A DNA stretch of 64,000 nt, from NCBI GenBank assembly GCA_016748015.1, contig JAAOMT010000504.1, forward strand, positions 119,129 to 183,128, read 5' to 3'. Shown in pieces: positions 11,658-26,823 of this stretch; position 1 is the stretch's first letter, and every line of letters starts with the position of its first letter. A program made the translations under genes and the position numbers. The DNA comes from Geosiphon pyriformis uo1 (taxonomy: Eukaryota; Fungi; Glomeromycota). A model generated the notes under the pieces. The model had not been told where the DNA came from and searched no databases. It worked only from the letters and a program-made list of their open reading frames with translations.

Positions 11658-14600
11658 TTTTTTTTGTTGCTTTTGTCATGTCTACTATGTTTTTATATAC
11701 TCTTTTGGTTAATTAAATTGACATGTTTAAATCAATAATTATAATTGGTTCCAAATCTCATGGAATCTTATCTGATTGGATTAGTGTTTGTTATACTTCT
11801 AGTTGTAAAATATTACTGGTAGATAATAATACTATGTTGTGGTATGGTTTTAGTTAATCTCCATGTGCTGCTTTGGCTAAAATTTTGTTGTTCTATTTTA
11901 GTTTATAAGCTCTATTTGCTAGAATTTTTTCTATGTGAAATGATTTGTTCTATTTGAAATCAAATTTTTGACTCCATTGTTTTTTTGCTTTGATATAATG
12001 TAAAAGTACTTTGTTTTTAATTCTGAATTCAATGGGTTTATCTGATAACTAGTTATTGTGTTGTTTTTTTTGTTTTGTTTGTGACTTTTGAATATTATTA
12101 GCTGCTTTTCATTATTTGTTTTCTAGTGTTTTTATTAAGTCATATGTTTTTCTTAACAGAGTTTTTTGGAAATTGTCTTTTGTTATTGATTCTGTTGAGT
12201 AAGTGTTAATTTTTATCTCAACTGGTAACATTGCTGTTCTTTTATATACTAATTCAAATAGTATTGCTTGTGTAGTATCTTGTTTTATTGTCTAATAAGC
12301 AAATAATATTAATAATATAAATAAATCCTATTCATTCTGGTTTTTTTGACTGATCTTGGCTATTGCTTTACACAATGTTTTATTGAATCTTTCAACCAAT
12401 CTATTGGTTTATAAATAATATGATAATGATAATAGTTTTTTAATCCCAAATCTTTGACTTAATTTCATTAATGTTGTATTTACAAAGTGAGTTTTTTGAT
12501 TTAATTACAATTTTTTTGGACATCTGTGTCGACAAATCAGATTTTGGTGAATGAATTTGGCTATGAATTCTGTATCTGCTCTTTAAATTGCTTTTGCCTT
12601 AGGTCATTTTGTAAGATAGTCCATGGCTACTGCTATATAACAATTGTCTTTACAGATTATTGTTAATGGTTCTACTAAGTCAATTCCTATTCTGTTAAAT
12701 GATTGTCTCATTTTAATTGGTTTTAATAGTTAATTGGGTTTTGTTTCTCTTCTTTTTTAACAGGCATTACAATTTTGAACATATTAAATGATGTCTGAAT
12801 ACATTAATGACCAGTAATATTTTTTTTTGGTTCTTTCTATGATTACTTCTTTATGAAAATGTCCTGTTGTTAGATTTGAGTGCATGTTGTATAGTATTGT
12901 TTCTTTTTCTAATTCTGTAATTATTCTGAATGGTTGATTTGAATTTTTTCTGTTTTTCTGATATAATATATTTTGGTAAATGATAAAATATTTTGATTGT
13001 TGTTTTATGTTGTTTTGTTTTTTTTGAGATAATTTTTTTTTAAACTGTCAAGTATTAATATAGTTTTAGAGTTATTGATATTTTTGTGTATTCATCTTTT
13101 GTTATATTTTTGAATTGAAATATTCTTAGATTTGTTTCATTTGTGATAAACCATCAGTGTTTCTGTTTTTTTTTCCCTTTTTATAATATACTGTATATTT
13201 GAATAGTGAAAGTTCTATTTTTTATCTGGTATAGTGGTCATCTCCAAATTTTTGTTTCTGGATTGATGTTAATCCTTTGTGATCAGTATATATATCAAAT
13301 TTTTGGCTTAAGTATTTTTTTTATTTTATGACTGTCCAATAGATAACTAAGTATTCTAGTTCTGGTGTTCCATAATTCTTTTCAGCCAGACTCAAACTTT
13401 GGCTAACATATGTTATTGGGTTTTCTCTTCTATTTAGTCTTTTCTGCAATAATACTGCTCTCAATGCTTGATCTAATGCATCAGTAGTAATAATAAATGG
13501 CTTGCTGTGATTTGAATAGATCAATACTAATGCTTGAATAAGCTTTCTTCTTAAAGTGTCAAAAGCTTCTTGTTGTTCTTCAGTTTATTTATATTTTACA
13601 TTCTTGGCTTGAAGTTGGTAGAGTAATTAAGCCAGTTTGAAAAAGTTTTGGATAAAGTGGCAATAATATCTAACAAATTCCAAGAATGTTCACAGTTCTG
13701 TCAAATTTGTTGGTACTGAAAAGTTTTTGACAATCTCAATTTTGTCTGAATCTGTCTTGATGTCATCTTTGCTCATAACATGTCTTAAAAATTTCAATTC
13801 CATTTTGCCAAAAAAGCACTTGGTTGTATTCAGTTTTAATCTTGTTCTTTTTAACTTTTTAAACACTTGTTGAAAATAATGTAAATGATCATCAAATGTT
13901 CTTGAAAACACATTGGTGTTATCCAAATATATGACTACTGATTTCCATAGCAGTCTAATATAAACAATTTTTATAAGTTGTTGAAATGTGGCTGAAGCAT
14001 TGGTTAAGCCAAATAGCATGACTTCAAATTCGAAATTTTCTTTTCTAGTAGTAAATGTGATCTTTTTTTTGTCAGCTGGATTCATGGCTACTTGCCAGTA
14101 ACCACTATCTAAGTTTAATGTAAAGAACCATTTTTTTCTTTCAAAAGCATCAAATAATTTCTGGATTTGGAAAGTGAGATAGTTGTCTTCATAAGTTACA
14201 CTATTGAGTTTTTTATAATCCACACAAAAGCAGATTTTTTCATTTTTCTTATGGACTAGTACCATTGGTGACAACCATAGACTTATTGATAATTAAATTA
14301 ATCTGTTGTCCAATATTCTGTTAATTTTTTGTTGGATGATTTTATAGCTGGCTAGTGGTACTTAGTAGAATTGTTGTTTAATTGGCATAATATCTTTAGT
14401 CTTGATTTGGTATTGAATAATGTTAGTTCTGCTGAATTCATTTTCATTGGCAAAGATATTAGTAAAATTGTTAAGCAATATCTTAAACTGCATTCATTGG
14501 GATGGATCTAAGTTTCTTAAGTTTATCTGTTCTAATTGTTCTGGTTAGAGCAAATAGTATTTTTTTTGTCCATATATTGTTTATAATATGATATCCACAT

Positions 14601-14959
14601 ATCCACAAAGTTGTGAAAAATTTGGAATAGTGCTTGGTGGTTGGTTTTTAACTTTAATGCTTAAGTATCCAATAATAGTTCTACTTAGTATTTTAATGGT
14701 GTCTCTCATTGTGTTGTGAATGAGAATTTTGATATGTTTGTTGTTTTTAGCCAGTATGTAGAGATTGGTAATAGCAATTTCTCTTAATTCATAAATACTT
14801 AGTTTTGCCTTAAAAATTTGGAACTGATCTTTTACTTTCCTTTCTATGATTACTAAATACTGATCATATAGTAAAATAGAAATTGATTAATAAGTGGAGA
14901 TAATTTCTTCTTTGTCAATAACTTCTTCCTCTGCCATATTAACTGGTATGTTTATTTTA

Positions 14960-15385
14960 CTCATGGATTTGAATCCACTTATTTTTTTTGCTGTTATCTG
15001 TAACTCCTCTCTTTTTTTCACTAACACTAATTCAGCTATTTTAACCAAAAGTAGGAATATTGTCTGTGCTATTTTTTCATTTGGTTAAATAATATACTCT
15101 TTTTTTGAGTTATTTTGTAATATTACAATAATATTTTCTAAATATTCTGTGTTAATTATTTTTCTCTTAATGTTGATTTTCTTCTTTGCTAAACTAGATC
15201 TAAATGCTAATTGTACTATGGTTGTTGTCAAAACTTCTAGTGCTATTTTCAGATCAATACAGATGTGTGAATATGATTCTAATTTGATGGCATTCTTTCT
15301 GAAATATTTCAAATCAAACTCTGCATTAGTATCATATATGTGTTTTGGCATAATACTTTTATTATTATCATTGAACCATTTTAGT
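14960..15385 (-). pseudogene. dUTPase domain of E2 pol
   Basis: DTNAEFDLKY, QLAFRSSLAKK, KIINTEYLENI, KIAQTI and a C-terminal GF motif are decayed trimeric dUTPase motifs 1-5. Confidence 0.8.
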
Positions 15386-17828
15386 TCTTGCTTCTTGGAA
15401 AGATTAAGGAATACAATATATTGTTTAGGGTTATAATCAAAGTTTAAATCATTGTTATTATTATTGTCAATTTGAACAGAGCTGAAACCATTGTTATTGT
15501 CATTGTTATTGGAGTTTGAACCAGGATTAAATACTAATTTTAATTCTGATACACAGCTGTTAATTAGTTCTTCTTCTTCTGGAATTGTGTAGATTATGTA
15601 TGGTAGTGGATTGTAAATAAAGTAACACTTATTGCAATATTGAAAATTACATGAAATCAAACAGTAATTACATAGTTAGATGTTTAATTATTCTAAACAT
15701 TGTTCTTGCTCTTTTCTGGTGGGTGCTAAGTTTTGATAGTGTTCATAAAATTGTTCTGAGTTCATAGTGTTGAAAACAATATTGGAGTTTGAAGTCCAAT
15801 TGAGCTCTATGAATTCTGGCAGATTATTTTTAATTTCTCTATTAATGTGCTTTTAATTTTAGTGAGTGCCATTTATTAGATTTTATCATCATCATGTGGA
15901 CAACTATTTAAGTGTTTTATAGCTCTTTTTTAGACAGTGTCTATAGACATTCTTTTTCTTATATAATTACTGATTAAAATTGTGTATTAACATGATTCAT
16001 TGCATATTTTTTTATGACCAGGAATGTTGTTCCATATTTTTTTGTCTAAAAAAGTTTTTTTACAAGCCAGACATGGTTTATTGTCTTATTTTTCTTGTCA
16101 TTTAGGTTATCTAAATTGCTTAAGAACATATAGGCAGCAGTAATACTTAGTTGCTATCAGCTACTTCTCATCATCATCACAACATGCATCTATTGATAAC
16201 AATTTCTTGTCACAATCAACACATATTAATTTAGGTCAATGGTAAGTTGAGTTAGAGCAATTGGTAGTGTATGGTATATAAGTAGAGATTGTTGCTTGGG
16301 GTTTTTCTTCTTTTTTTTTTTCTCTTTTTTTTTTTTCTCTCATATAGGCACTGGTGGTAAGCTATTATAGTTATCATTAGCCCATAAGACTTGGTAGGCT
16401 TTCCAAGTAGGTCTTTCTTTCTTTTCTTCCAATTTAATTAAGGGGTTTTGAGTGGTGTTGGTTGGTTTGAAATGACCAAATATGGCTGGTACTCTAGTGT
16501 GCTAACCATTTTGGCTAAGTTGTAATTCTTGAGTGGTTCAGTTAAGCACAGCATTTGTCTCAGACAATCAGTCATTACCAATTAGAGCTTGGTACTAAGT
16601 AGTTTTTATAATAAGAACTTTAATTGGTATATTGATGCTATTGACTTCAATTAGAAAGTTGTTGATTTTACCAATTGGAGTTTTGGTGGCTCTATCAGCA
16701 GTAATAATTCTGGTACTAACAGTATGATCAATTCAGTGATCTAATTGGTCTATGAATTGCTTGGTAATAATGCTGTCTGTTGAACTGCTATTTAAGATCA
16801 GTTTGATGAACTGACCATCAATCTTAGCATTGATGTACATTGTGGTAATGGGTTTTGTGTCTAAAGCAGCTCTACTAAATAATAGATTTATTAACAGTTA
16901 CTTGGATTCAAAGGAAAAGATTGTGGATAGTGATTCATTATTAGTGATGGTTGCTGGAAGTATGTTATTGGTAAGTAGCTTTTGGTTGGTTTTCTGATGA
17001 TTGGATTGGGTGTCTTCTGGGACAACCAAGAAATTTAAATAGTGTTGGGTGTTTGGGTTTTGGGCATAGCTAGTTTCCAAATTTTGCTGTCACAATCCAG
17101 ATTGTTGGGCTGCTAAACTAAGGATCAGTTAGTATATTACTATTGTTGATTGCCAATTTTGATGAATCTGCATAGTTCTTAGTCTCTGGTTTCTATTTTG
17201 GGGTAAGTTCTGTGATGGTGTTGGAATTGGTTAGGGTTAATAAATTAGCTAAGTTTGAGATGGTTAATAAATTACTGAAGCTGGGTGTTGATAGATTGGT
17301 GCTTAATAAATTGGTTACATTATTTAAGAGTAATAAGGCTAATATTAGTATTGTTAATTTGATAGATTATTGATGTAATTCGGGTTTTGAAATCTGCAAT
17401 TGGAGTTTTGATATTGAGTTTTTAATTATTAGTTATTTAACCTTAACCAGCAATCTATTTTTAGATGTTTTTGTTTACCATAATAGTAGCAAATACATGT
17501 TTTCTGCAGCCATGGTTGATTTAATGAAAATGACTGTGACTAATTCTGAAGTCAATTGGAATTTTCTGAATTTTCATGACATTGTGACAGCTGATAAATA
17601 ATCTGATTGCTATTATTATTAACTAAGTATCTCTCTAGTTTCTGATTAATCAAATCACTAAATTGTTTCAACTTAGAATTCAATTCAGATAATCTGTTCA
17701 TTACTAGGTTTACGACTTGAATTTGTCTGACTTCTAGCTTAACTGATTCAAAATCTTTGGTATAAATAACTGTATTTTGTAGCATACCTGAGTGTATTAG
17801 CCATATTCATTGTAGAATAGTACTGTAT

Positions 17829-18652
17829 TGTTACTTATAGAATATAAAAATTATATTAATATATATATTAGCCAATCAGAAATAGGTGTAGTAAAATATA
17901 GAATTTCATAATTCTTTTTAGAGAAATTGCAGAATTCCAGAATTACAGAATTCTTATATGAAGAATTGCAGGATTCCAGAATTGCAGGATTTTAGGAATT
18001 CCAAGATTTTTGGCATAAAGAATTGAGGAATTGAGGAATCTCAATTATGTATATAAAGTGGCAGCATTAAAAACAAAAAAAAACAAACCTCTTAGTTTAG
18101 ATTCAATTAAAAGCAACTTTCTAAATTACAAATATTAATAAATAATTATTTACTATCTTAATCCAATTTCTGCTATCAATACTTCATGTTGATAATAACT
18201 GATACTTAACCATACTGGAACAATAGCTTTTGATCATGGCTATTAACAAGATACTAACTTAACTTGCCTTGGCTTAATCTCTTTATTTTTTTTATTTTCT
18301 TTATTTTTTTTATTTTCTTTGTTGTTTATTAATTGATTAAAGATTAACATGCAAAATTATTAATGTTAAAAAGACTGGTAAAAGACCTGTGAAACAAGGA
18401 TAGAAACTCATAAAATTGAAGATAGCTTACCAGAAAGATTATCAGCCATCATGTTAAGAAAAAAATTTAATGGAATTGCAATTTCAAAAAGCTACTAAAA
18501 ACAATCATTGAATCTCTGTCTATTATATAAAAGACTTTACTCAAAACCTTCAAATACAGAAAACCTTCAGATATTACCAACCATATTAGCTATTGAGCAC
18601 CAAGTTATGAGTTTGTTATTTATATTAACATCCCAAATAATTATTTGTAACA
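17829..18652 (+). repeat. 5' LTR of E3 (U3 type B)
   Basis: TGTTAC...TGTAACA; CCAAT box; GAATTCCAG/GAATTGCAGGATTCC array ~17900-18045; TATA ~18050; followed by the PBS. Confidence 0.92.
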
Positions 18653-18654
18653 TT

Positions 18655-18671
18655 TGGTGCTCTCTTTAAGG
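18655..18671 (+). promoter_or_regulatory. Primer binding site of E3
   Basis: TGGTGCTCTCTTTAAGG, 2 nt after the LTR end; a mutated version of the E5 PBS. Confidence 0.8.
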
Positions 18672-21600
18672 TATAATTCTACAAAAAACCAGCACTAATA
18701 CCAATCAGTCAAAAGTGGTAGAATCAGAAAAAATAAGGACAAACCATTTAAGATTCACCAAATTCTTATTTTAATATTACTGTTAACACCTGGAATTAAT
18801 CAGCAATCACCTATTAGCAGAATTAGCTTTCAATTTCTACATTAACAAGAGAATTTTCTATTTTCTAGGAGTACTAGTAAACATTAGATCAGCAAAAAAA
18901 AATTTCTACAATGAATTAATTCAAAACACCAGCCTACAGTAAATTACAATTTTATGTCAATTATCACTAAGATCAATAGAGAAATTGAAAATCACACTCA
19001 ACAAAGATATTCAATCACCTATGCAAACAAAGACAAAGGAAAACTACAAATACCAGCAGTAACACTTCAAAAAATACAACCATCTACTTGAAAAAAAATC
19101 AGAATTGAGTCACCAATCAACTTATCATACTGTTATATACCCAGAAGTCCCATTAACATTTCATTAACAGACATGTCTACCTTAAATACAAAACTATTAT
19201 TAGTCTAACTTCTATTTCAAAGTAAACAGAAGAAAGCAAAATTATTGGAAATCTATGGTAATTATTTTGAAGAATTTAAATTGCAATTGCCAACACTATT
19301 AGGATTTTGATTACTACCACTTCAACCAAATTTCAGAACTGCAAGTCTCTGAGAAATAACTGAATCAGAAAAAAAGAAAGATAACAATCAGAAATTTAAT
19401 TATCAAAACCCAATTGTAGAAAATCTAGAAGTCAAAACTCCGAATATTTAAACTCAGCAAACTCAAAATGATCAAAACCCTGATTTCATTAATCAGCAAA
19501 ATTTACCTTCAGTAATCATGATAAATTAATTACCAATTAACCCAATTGCCAAATTACTACAGCCAATACCACCACAGCAACAACCACAACAATCATTTTA
19601 ATAACGACCAGTATAACAGTCACAATCAATTATACCAATGGCATATGCACCCATTACCAAGCTTGAGAAATTTACTGGCAAAAAAGATGATACCCAAGTC
19701 TGGCTAAATAATGTCACCAAAGCCATAACTGCTAATAATTGAAATGACACTAGAGTCCTTCAAGCAATTTCATACTTCTTACAAAATACTGTCAACTTGT
19801 GGTATCAAAGCCTCATCCAAAAACTTCAAACATTCAATGAATTCAAAATTGTTTTTTTAAGATATTTCAGCAATAACAACAGCATCAATTATCTAACAAC
19901 TGCCTTTACCACTATAAAGCAAGGAAAAACTGAAGCCATTACCACTTACTTGAAACACTTCTATCACAATCTATGCTAAATACAAATTATTAATACTAAC
20001 TATTTTACTCCATCACAAATTTTAAATCAATTCATTAGAGGCCTGCACAGCAACATACTCCAATACATATGTTTATTATATCTGGTAGATCTTCAAGCCA
20101 TAGTTACCAATGCCAGAGATTTTAAAGCAGCAGAGCTCAAAGTCAACCACATTCAAGCTGTGAATTTAGTAATAAATAGATTATCTGACTTAGATTCCAA
20201 ATTGAAACAATTTAGTAATTCAATTAACCAAAAACTTGAGAGATACTTAGCTAACAATTAAGCAATTTATCAATCTTCACAATGATGTTATAATCAAGAA
20301 AATATGAATCACTTTCAAAATCAGTTGTATCCCTTGTTATCAACAAATTAGCAGTGACAGCAAAAGATACATATTTTTCACTACTGTGATAAACAAAGAC
20401 ACTTGAAAATTGATTGCCAATTAAGAATAGATAATTAACAATTGGGAAATTAATATCAAAACCCCAATTACCAGTTTCAAATTCCAAACTACCACTATCA
20501 AGATTAATATCAACCAAATTACCCACCAATAACATAACAATTATACTCACTTCCAATCTATCAGGCACTAGCACCTGTAATTTATCAACCACCACAGTCC
20601 CAAATAATTTATTAGACTCCACCAATTTAAACACTACCATCAAACTCAGCTCAATTAGTCATTGAAACCCAAAGACCAAGAGTCATCCATACTCAATAAA
20701 ACTGAAGATCAGTGATAATCATGCACCAACTAATTCTCAGTTTTTCAACCCAACCATCAAAATTACGACAACAGAGTTTGGGAACTGGATATATTCAAAA
20801 TTCGAATTCCCAAAACTATTTAAGCCTTTTAATTAACCCAAAAAATGTTTCATCTAACAAATTAGAAACCAACCAAAACTCTTTTATTCACAATATTCTA
20901 CCAATAATTATTACCAAAGATGAATCATTGGATGCAATATTCTTATTTGAATTTAAGAAACTGTTAGTCACACCCTTATTTAATGAAACTGTTCTTAAAA
21001 AAAACCTATTATTGCCATATACACTAATGCTAAAATTGATAGCCACTCCATTAAACTCATATTAAACAGCAGATTAGCAGGCAGCATCATTACACAACAA
21101 CTCATGAACCAATTAGGTTGCCGAGTTGATTGTGCTGCCAATGCTCAAATTATTACTACTAATAGAGCCACAAAGACTCTAATTGACAAAATTGACAACT
21201 TTCAATTCAAAATCAATGGCATCACTATATTTATCAAAGTATTGGTGATAGAAACCACTTAATATCAAGCTCTTGTTGATAATAACTGGCTGATAAAAAC
21301 CAATGCTGTATTTAATTAGACTATCCAAAAATTGCAACTCAGCCAAAACAGCCAACATATATAAGTACCAGCCATTTGCAGCCACTTTAAACCAACTATC
21401 ATGTGACTATTGATAAAATTGAAGGAAAAAAAAAGAAACTTACCTGGGAAGTCTACCAAATATCCTGGGCTAACAATGACCATAATGAACTGCCACCAAT
21501 CCTAACTTGAGAAGAAAAGGAAAAAGAAAAAGGCAAGGAAAAAAAAAAAGAGCCAGCACAAGTCATTACTTTTACATATATACTATACACCTATATACCA

Positions 21601-22489
21601 CAACAACAGCCAAACTATTGCTAACCAAATTTTATATGCATTAATTGTGACAAGAAATTTTTATCAATAAGCACATACTGTGATAACAATAAAAAATAGC
21701 CAACAGCAAAAAAATTATATTGCCATCCATGCATTCTAGAATGATTTAGATAACCAAAAAGACAAGGAAAATGAAATAACAAATCTTGTCTTGTCTGTAA
21801 AACCATTTTGCTAAGAAATATGAAATAATATTCTTAAACATAGAAGAATATGCAACAAAATGTGCCAATATACTATCCTAATAAATGACTGGGTATGCAA
21901 AAGAACTCCAATTAACAACACATAAAAAAGAGCATTGTAATAATTGGAAAAATATCTTCATAATAAACATGAGATCTGGAGAATGGTAAGTGCAAAAGCA
22001 GAAAGTACTACTTTTAATGAACTACTGAAAATTAAAAACAACTCATTATTCTTTCCTGAACCCAAATATGTCCCAACTTTTGATATCTTTGGCAACATTA
22101 AAAATGACTCAGAAGAATTGTACAAGCACTATTAGTGCCTGGCACCAATCAAAAAAGAGCAAGAATAATGGCTAAAACAATTAAATACATGACTATACAA
22201 GCATTGTTTGATTTTTAATAACTTTGAATATTGTAATAAGTGTAATTTTATTTACAATTCATTACTGCACATAATCTACACAATTCCTGAAAAAGAAGAA
22301 CCAATTAGCAGTTGTACATCAGAATCAGAATTGATATTCAATCTCGATTCAAACTCTGACAATAATGACAATAACAATAGTTCCAGCTTTGTTCAAAATA
22401 GTAATAACAATAACAATAATTTAAACTTTGATTCAAACTCAGAACAATATATTGCACTCTTTGATCTTTCTAAGAAGCAAGAACTGAAA

Positions 22490-22910
22490 TAATTCAGTGA
22501 TTACAATAAAAGTATCATGCCAGAATCTATGCATAATACTGATACAAGGTTTGATCTGAAATATCTAAGAAAAAAAGCCATCAAATTAAAACCATATTTA
22601 CACACTTGTATTAATCTAAAAATAGCAATAGAAATCTTAGCAACAACAATGGTTTAATTAACATCTAAAAGTAGTTTAGCAAAAAGGAGAATCAATATAT
22701 GAGGAGGAATAATTGATACAAGATATATAAAAAATATTATTACAATGCTACAAAATAATTCAGAAAAAGCTTATATTATAAAGTTTAATGAAAAAATAGC
22801 ACAGACAATATTTCTGCCTTTGGTTAAAATAGTTCAGTTAGTACTAATGAGAAATAGAAAAAAATTAGGAATTACAGTTAGAGGGATAAGTAAATTTGGA
22901 TCCATGAATA
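22490..22910 (+). pseudogene. dUTPase domain of E3 pol
   Basis: DTRFDLKY, SKSSLAKRRINI*GGIIDTRYIKNI, EKIAQTIF and RGISKFGS; ORF-track 22745-23044. Confidence 0.82.
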
Positions 22911-25900
22911 GAATAGACATACCAGTTAATATGGCAGAAAAAAAAATTGTTGACAAGAGAAAAATTATCTTCACCTGTCAATCAGTTTCTATTTTATTAT
23001 ATAACAAGTATATGTTAGCATTGGAAAAAATAGTGAAGAATTAGGCAGATTTTTGAAGCTGAACCAACCATTTGTAAATCAGAAAAAATCAGGCTTACCA
23101 ATCCTTACATACTAGCCAAAAACAAGAACCACATCAAAATTTCTATCTACAATACAACAGGAAATGTTATTGAGATACCAAAAAAAACTACCATCAGATA
23201 TTTAAGCACTGAAGTAGAAAACCAATCACCAAACTTTATTCCAGATTTTCCACAACTTTGTGAATATGTGGACATTATATCACAAACAATATACAGACAA
23301 AAAGAATATTATCTGCTCCAACCAGAACTATTAGAACAAATAAACTTGAGAAATCTAGACCCACTACAATATATGCAGCTTAAGATGTTACTCAATAACT
23401 TTAACAACATTTTTGCCAGTAAAAATGAATTTGGCAGAACTGATATCATCTAGCATTAAATTAAAACTGGAGATACAATGCTAATTAAACAAAGAGCATA
23501 CTGAGTACTACCAGCAAGCCATGAAATTATTTGAGAGAAAATCAATCAAATATTAGACAACAGATTAATTTAACTATTAATGAGTTCATGATTATTATCA
23601 ATGTTATTTGTTCATAAAAAAAAATGAGAAAATTTGCTTTTGTGTAGATTGCAAAAAATTCAATAAAGTAATTTGTAGAGACAATTATCTAACTTTACAG
23701 ATTCAAAAATTATTCAATGTTTTTGAAGAAAAAAAATGGTTCCTGACATTGGATTTAAACAGTGGTTACTGGCAAATAGCCATAAATCTAGCTGATAAGA
23801 AAAAAATAGCATTCATAACTAGAGAAAGAAATTTCAAATTTGAGATAATGCCATTTGGCTTGATGAACACTCCAATTACATTCTAATGGCTCATGAAAAT
23901 TGTTTATACTGAATTGCTATAAAAATTATTAATCATATATCTGGATAACACTAATGTATTCTCAAAAACATCTAATGATCATTTTTATTATCTACAACAA
24001 GTGTTTGAAAAATTCAGATGTATTAAATTGAAATTAAATGCAAACAAGTGTTTCTTCAGCAAAACAGAACTGAAATTCTTACAACATATTGTAAGCAAAG
24101 ACAACATCAAAACAGATTCATACAAAATTAAAATAGTCAAAAACTTTTCAGTACCAACCAACTTAACAGAACTCAGAGCATTCTTAAAATTTGCAGATTA
24201 CTACTGCTGCTTTATTAAAGACTTTTCTAAACTGGCTTAACTACTTTACCAGCTTCAAACCAAAAATGTTAAATATAAGTGAACAGAAACTTAGCAAAAA
24301 GCTTTCAATATATTGTGAAAAAAGCTTATCCAAGCACTAGTACTAATTTATTTAGATTATAGCAAGCCATTCATTATTATTACTGATGTATCAGGTCAAA
24401 TATTGGGAGCTGTACTATCTCAGAAAAAACCAGATAGAAGAGAACACCCAGTAGCATATGCCAGTTAAAGTTTAAGTCTAGCCAAAAAAAACTATAGAAT
24501 ACTAACATTAAAACACTTAACTATTTATTGAGCAGTTATTAAATAAAAAGAATACTTAAGCCAGAAGTTTGATGTGTACACTAATTACAAAGAATTGACT
24601 TCAATCCAAAAACAAAAACTTGAAGACAATTGCCATACAAGATAGAAAATAGAACTTTCACTATTCAAATATACAGTACATTATAAAAAGGGAAAAAACA
24701 ATGGAAATGCTGATGGTTTGTCAAAATGAGACAAATTTAAGAACATTCCAACCCAAAAATATAACAAAAAATGAATACACAAAAATACCAACAACTCCAA
24801 CACTATATTAATACTCAATTGTTCAAGGAGAAATTATCTCAAAAAGAACAAAACAACATAAAACAACAATCAAAATATTTTATCATTCACAAAAATATAT
24901 TATATTAGAAAAACTAAAAGAATTCAGATCAACTACTTAGAGTAATTTAAAACCAGAAAAAAAAACAATATTATACAACATGTATTCAGATCCAACAGCA
25001 AAATATTTTCATAAAGAAGCAACTATAAAAAGAACCAGAAAGAGATATAATTGGCCATTAATATATCTAGACATTATTCAATATATTCAAAATTGTGATG
25101 TTTGTCAGAAAAGAGGAGGAATAAGACCCAATAAACCATTAAGACCAATTAAAGTGAAACAACCATTCAATTAGATTAGAATTGATTTAGTTAGACCATT
25201 TACAATAACCAGCAGAAAGAACAGATATATTGCAGTAGCCATGAATTATCTCACTAAATAACCAAAAGCAAAAGCAATTCAAAAAGTAGATGCAGAATTC
25301 ATTGCCAAATTTGTTTATTAAGATTTAATTTGTCAACATAAATGTCCAAAAGAATTATTATCCAATTAAAAAACTCACTTTGTGAACAGAAAATTGGCAG
25401 AATTAAGTCAAAAATTTGGAATTAAAAAACCATTATCATCACCATATTATTCACAAACCAATGACTTAGTAAAAAGATTCAACAGAACATTGTATAAAGC
25501 AATAGCCAAAATCACCCAAAAAAATCAGAACAAATGAGATTTGTTTATATTATTAGTATTATTTGTTTATTAAACAATAAAACAAAACACTATACAAGCA
25601 ACATTATTTAAATTAGTATATAATAGAACAACAATACTATTAGTTAAAAAAAAAATCAATACATATTCAATAAAACTAATAACAGAAAACAATTTCCAAG
25701 AAACATTGTTGAAAAGAACATATGACTTAATAGAAATACTAGAAAACAAATAACAAAAAGCAGCTAATAACATCCAAAAAAAACAAAAAAAATGGTATGA
25801 TAACTAATTATCAAAGAAACCAGTTGAATTCAAGATTAAAGACAAAGTACTTCTATATTGTACCAAAGCAGAAAAACAATGGAGTGAAAAATTTGACCCC

Positions 25901-26195
25901 AAATAAAATAAACCATTTTATGTTGAAGAAATTCTAGAAAATAGAGCTTATAAATTAAAATAGAACAACAGAATTTTAACCAAAGCAGCACATGGGAATT
26001 GACTAAAACCATACCACAATATAGCATTATTATCTACCAATAATATTCCACAATTGAAAGTACAAAGAAGACTAATCCAACCAAATGAGATCTCACAAGA
26101 TTTAGAACCAATAATAATTATTAACACAAATACATCAAAATGAAACATTGGAACTCTATATAAAAAATTAGCACATAACAAAATATACTAAAAAA

Positions 26196-26810
26196 ATGGA
26201 AATTACTGATGATATTTACTCATTAGAACAACAATTTTTTTAACTAATTCAATAACAAAAGATGAAAATTACAATTAATCAACAAACCATTTGATACAAA
26301 GATACAAAAAAAAAGAAAAAACCAGAAAACACTATCAACAAGATAATTACAAAAGTAAAATCAGCAATAGAAACACAAACAAAAGTTATATCATATCAAG
26401 AATTGACAATAGAAATTTGGAATTGGTGAATACAACAATTTCCAAAAAACTTTTGTTATTTCTATTTGGGACAACACCTGAATATTTAGAACTTGTATAT
26501 GAATAAAACAAACCGATTATTTGATACAACAATACTACAACAACTTGAACAATTTGTGAAGAAAAATAATCTAATCATACAAATACAAGCTATATATTAA
26601 TTACAAGCTGGATTTCAAGACAAACCAGAAATATTACTCAATTCAAAAATGGATACAGTTACCACTAATCAAATGGGTAAAATAACTAATGCTAAATTTG
26701 AAAAATCACAGATCAAAATAACCCAAATAATTCTCGAAAAAGAAGTTCAAGAAATAATCAAAGAAGAAAAAGTAAGAGAATTAGAAGATTTCAACAAAAC
26801 TCAATATTAA
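26196..26810 (+). pseudogene. Accessory ORF3 (allele B) of E3, 205 codons without frameshift
   Basis: MEITDDIYSLEQQFF*LIQ*QKMKITINQQTI*YKD...IWNW*IQQFPKNFCYFYLGQHLNI*NLY...AIY*LQAGFQDKPEILLNSKMDTVTTNQMGKITNAKFE...ILEKEVQ...DFNKTQY*. Every internal stop is one transition away from a sense codon. Confidence 0.8.
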
Positions 26811-26823
26811 AAAAATGGAATAA

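Larger units (their letters stand above)
10163..17828 (-). mobile_element. Gypsy copy E2: 3' LTR, ORF3, IN, RH, RT, dUTPase, Cys-rich domain, protease and Gag C-terminal half; cut off in gag by E3
   Basis: ORF 13690-14274 is RT (FCVDYKKLN, GYWQV, FGLTNA, YLDN). ORF 13321-13524 is RNase H (FIITTDA). ORF 15085-15660 contains dUTPase. ORF 17552-17785 is Gag. PPT complement at 11005-11019. Confidence 0.93.
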
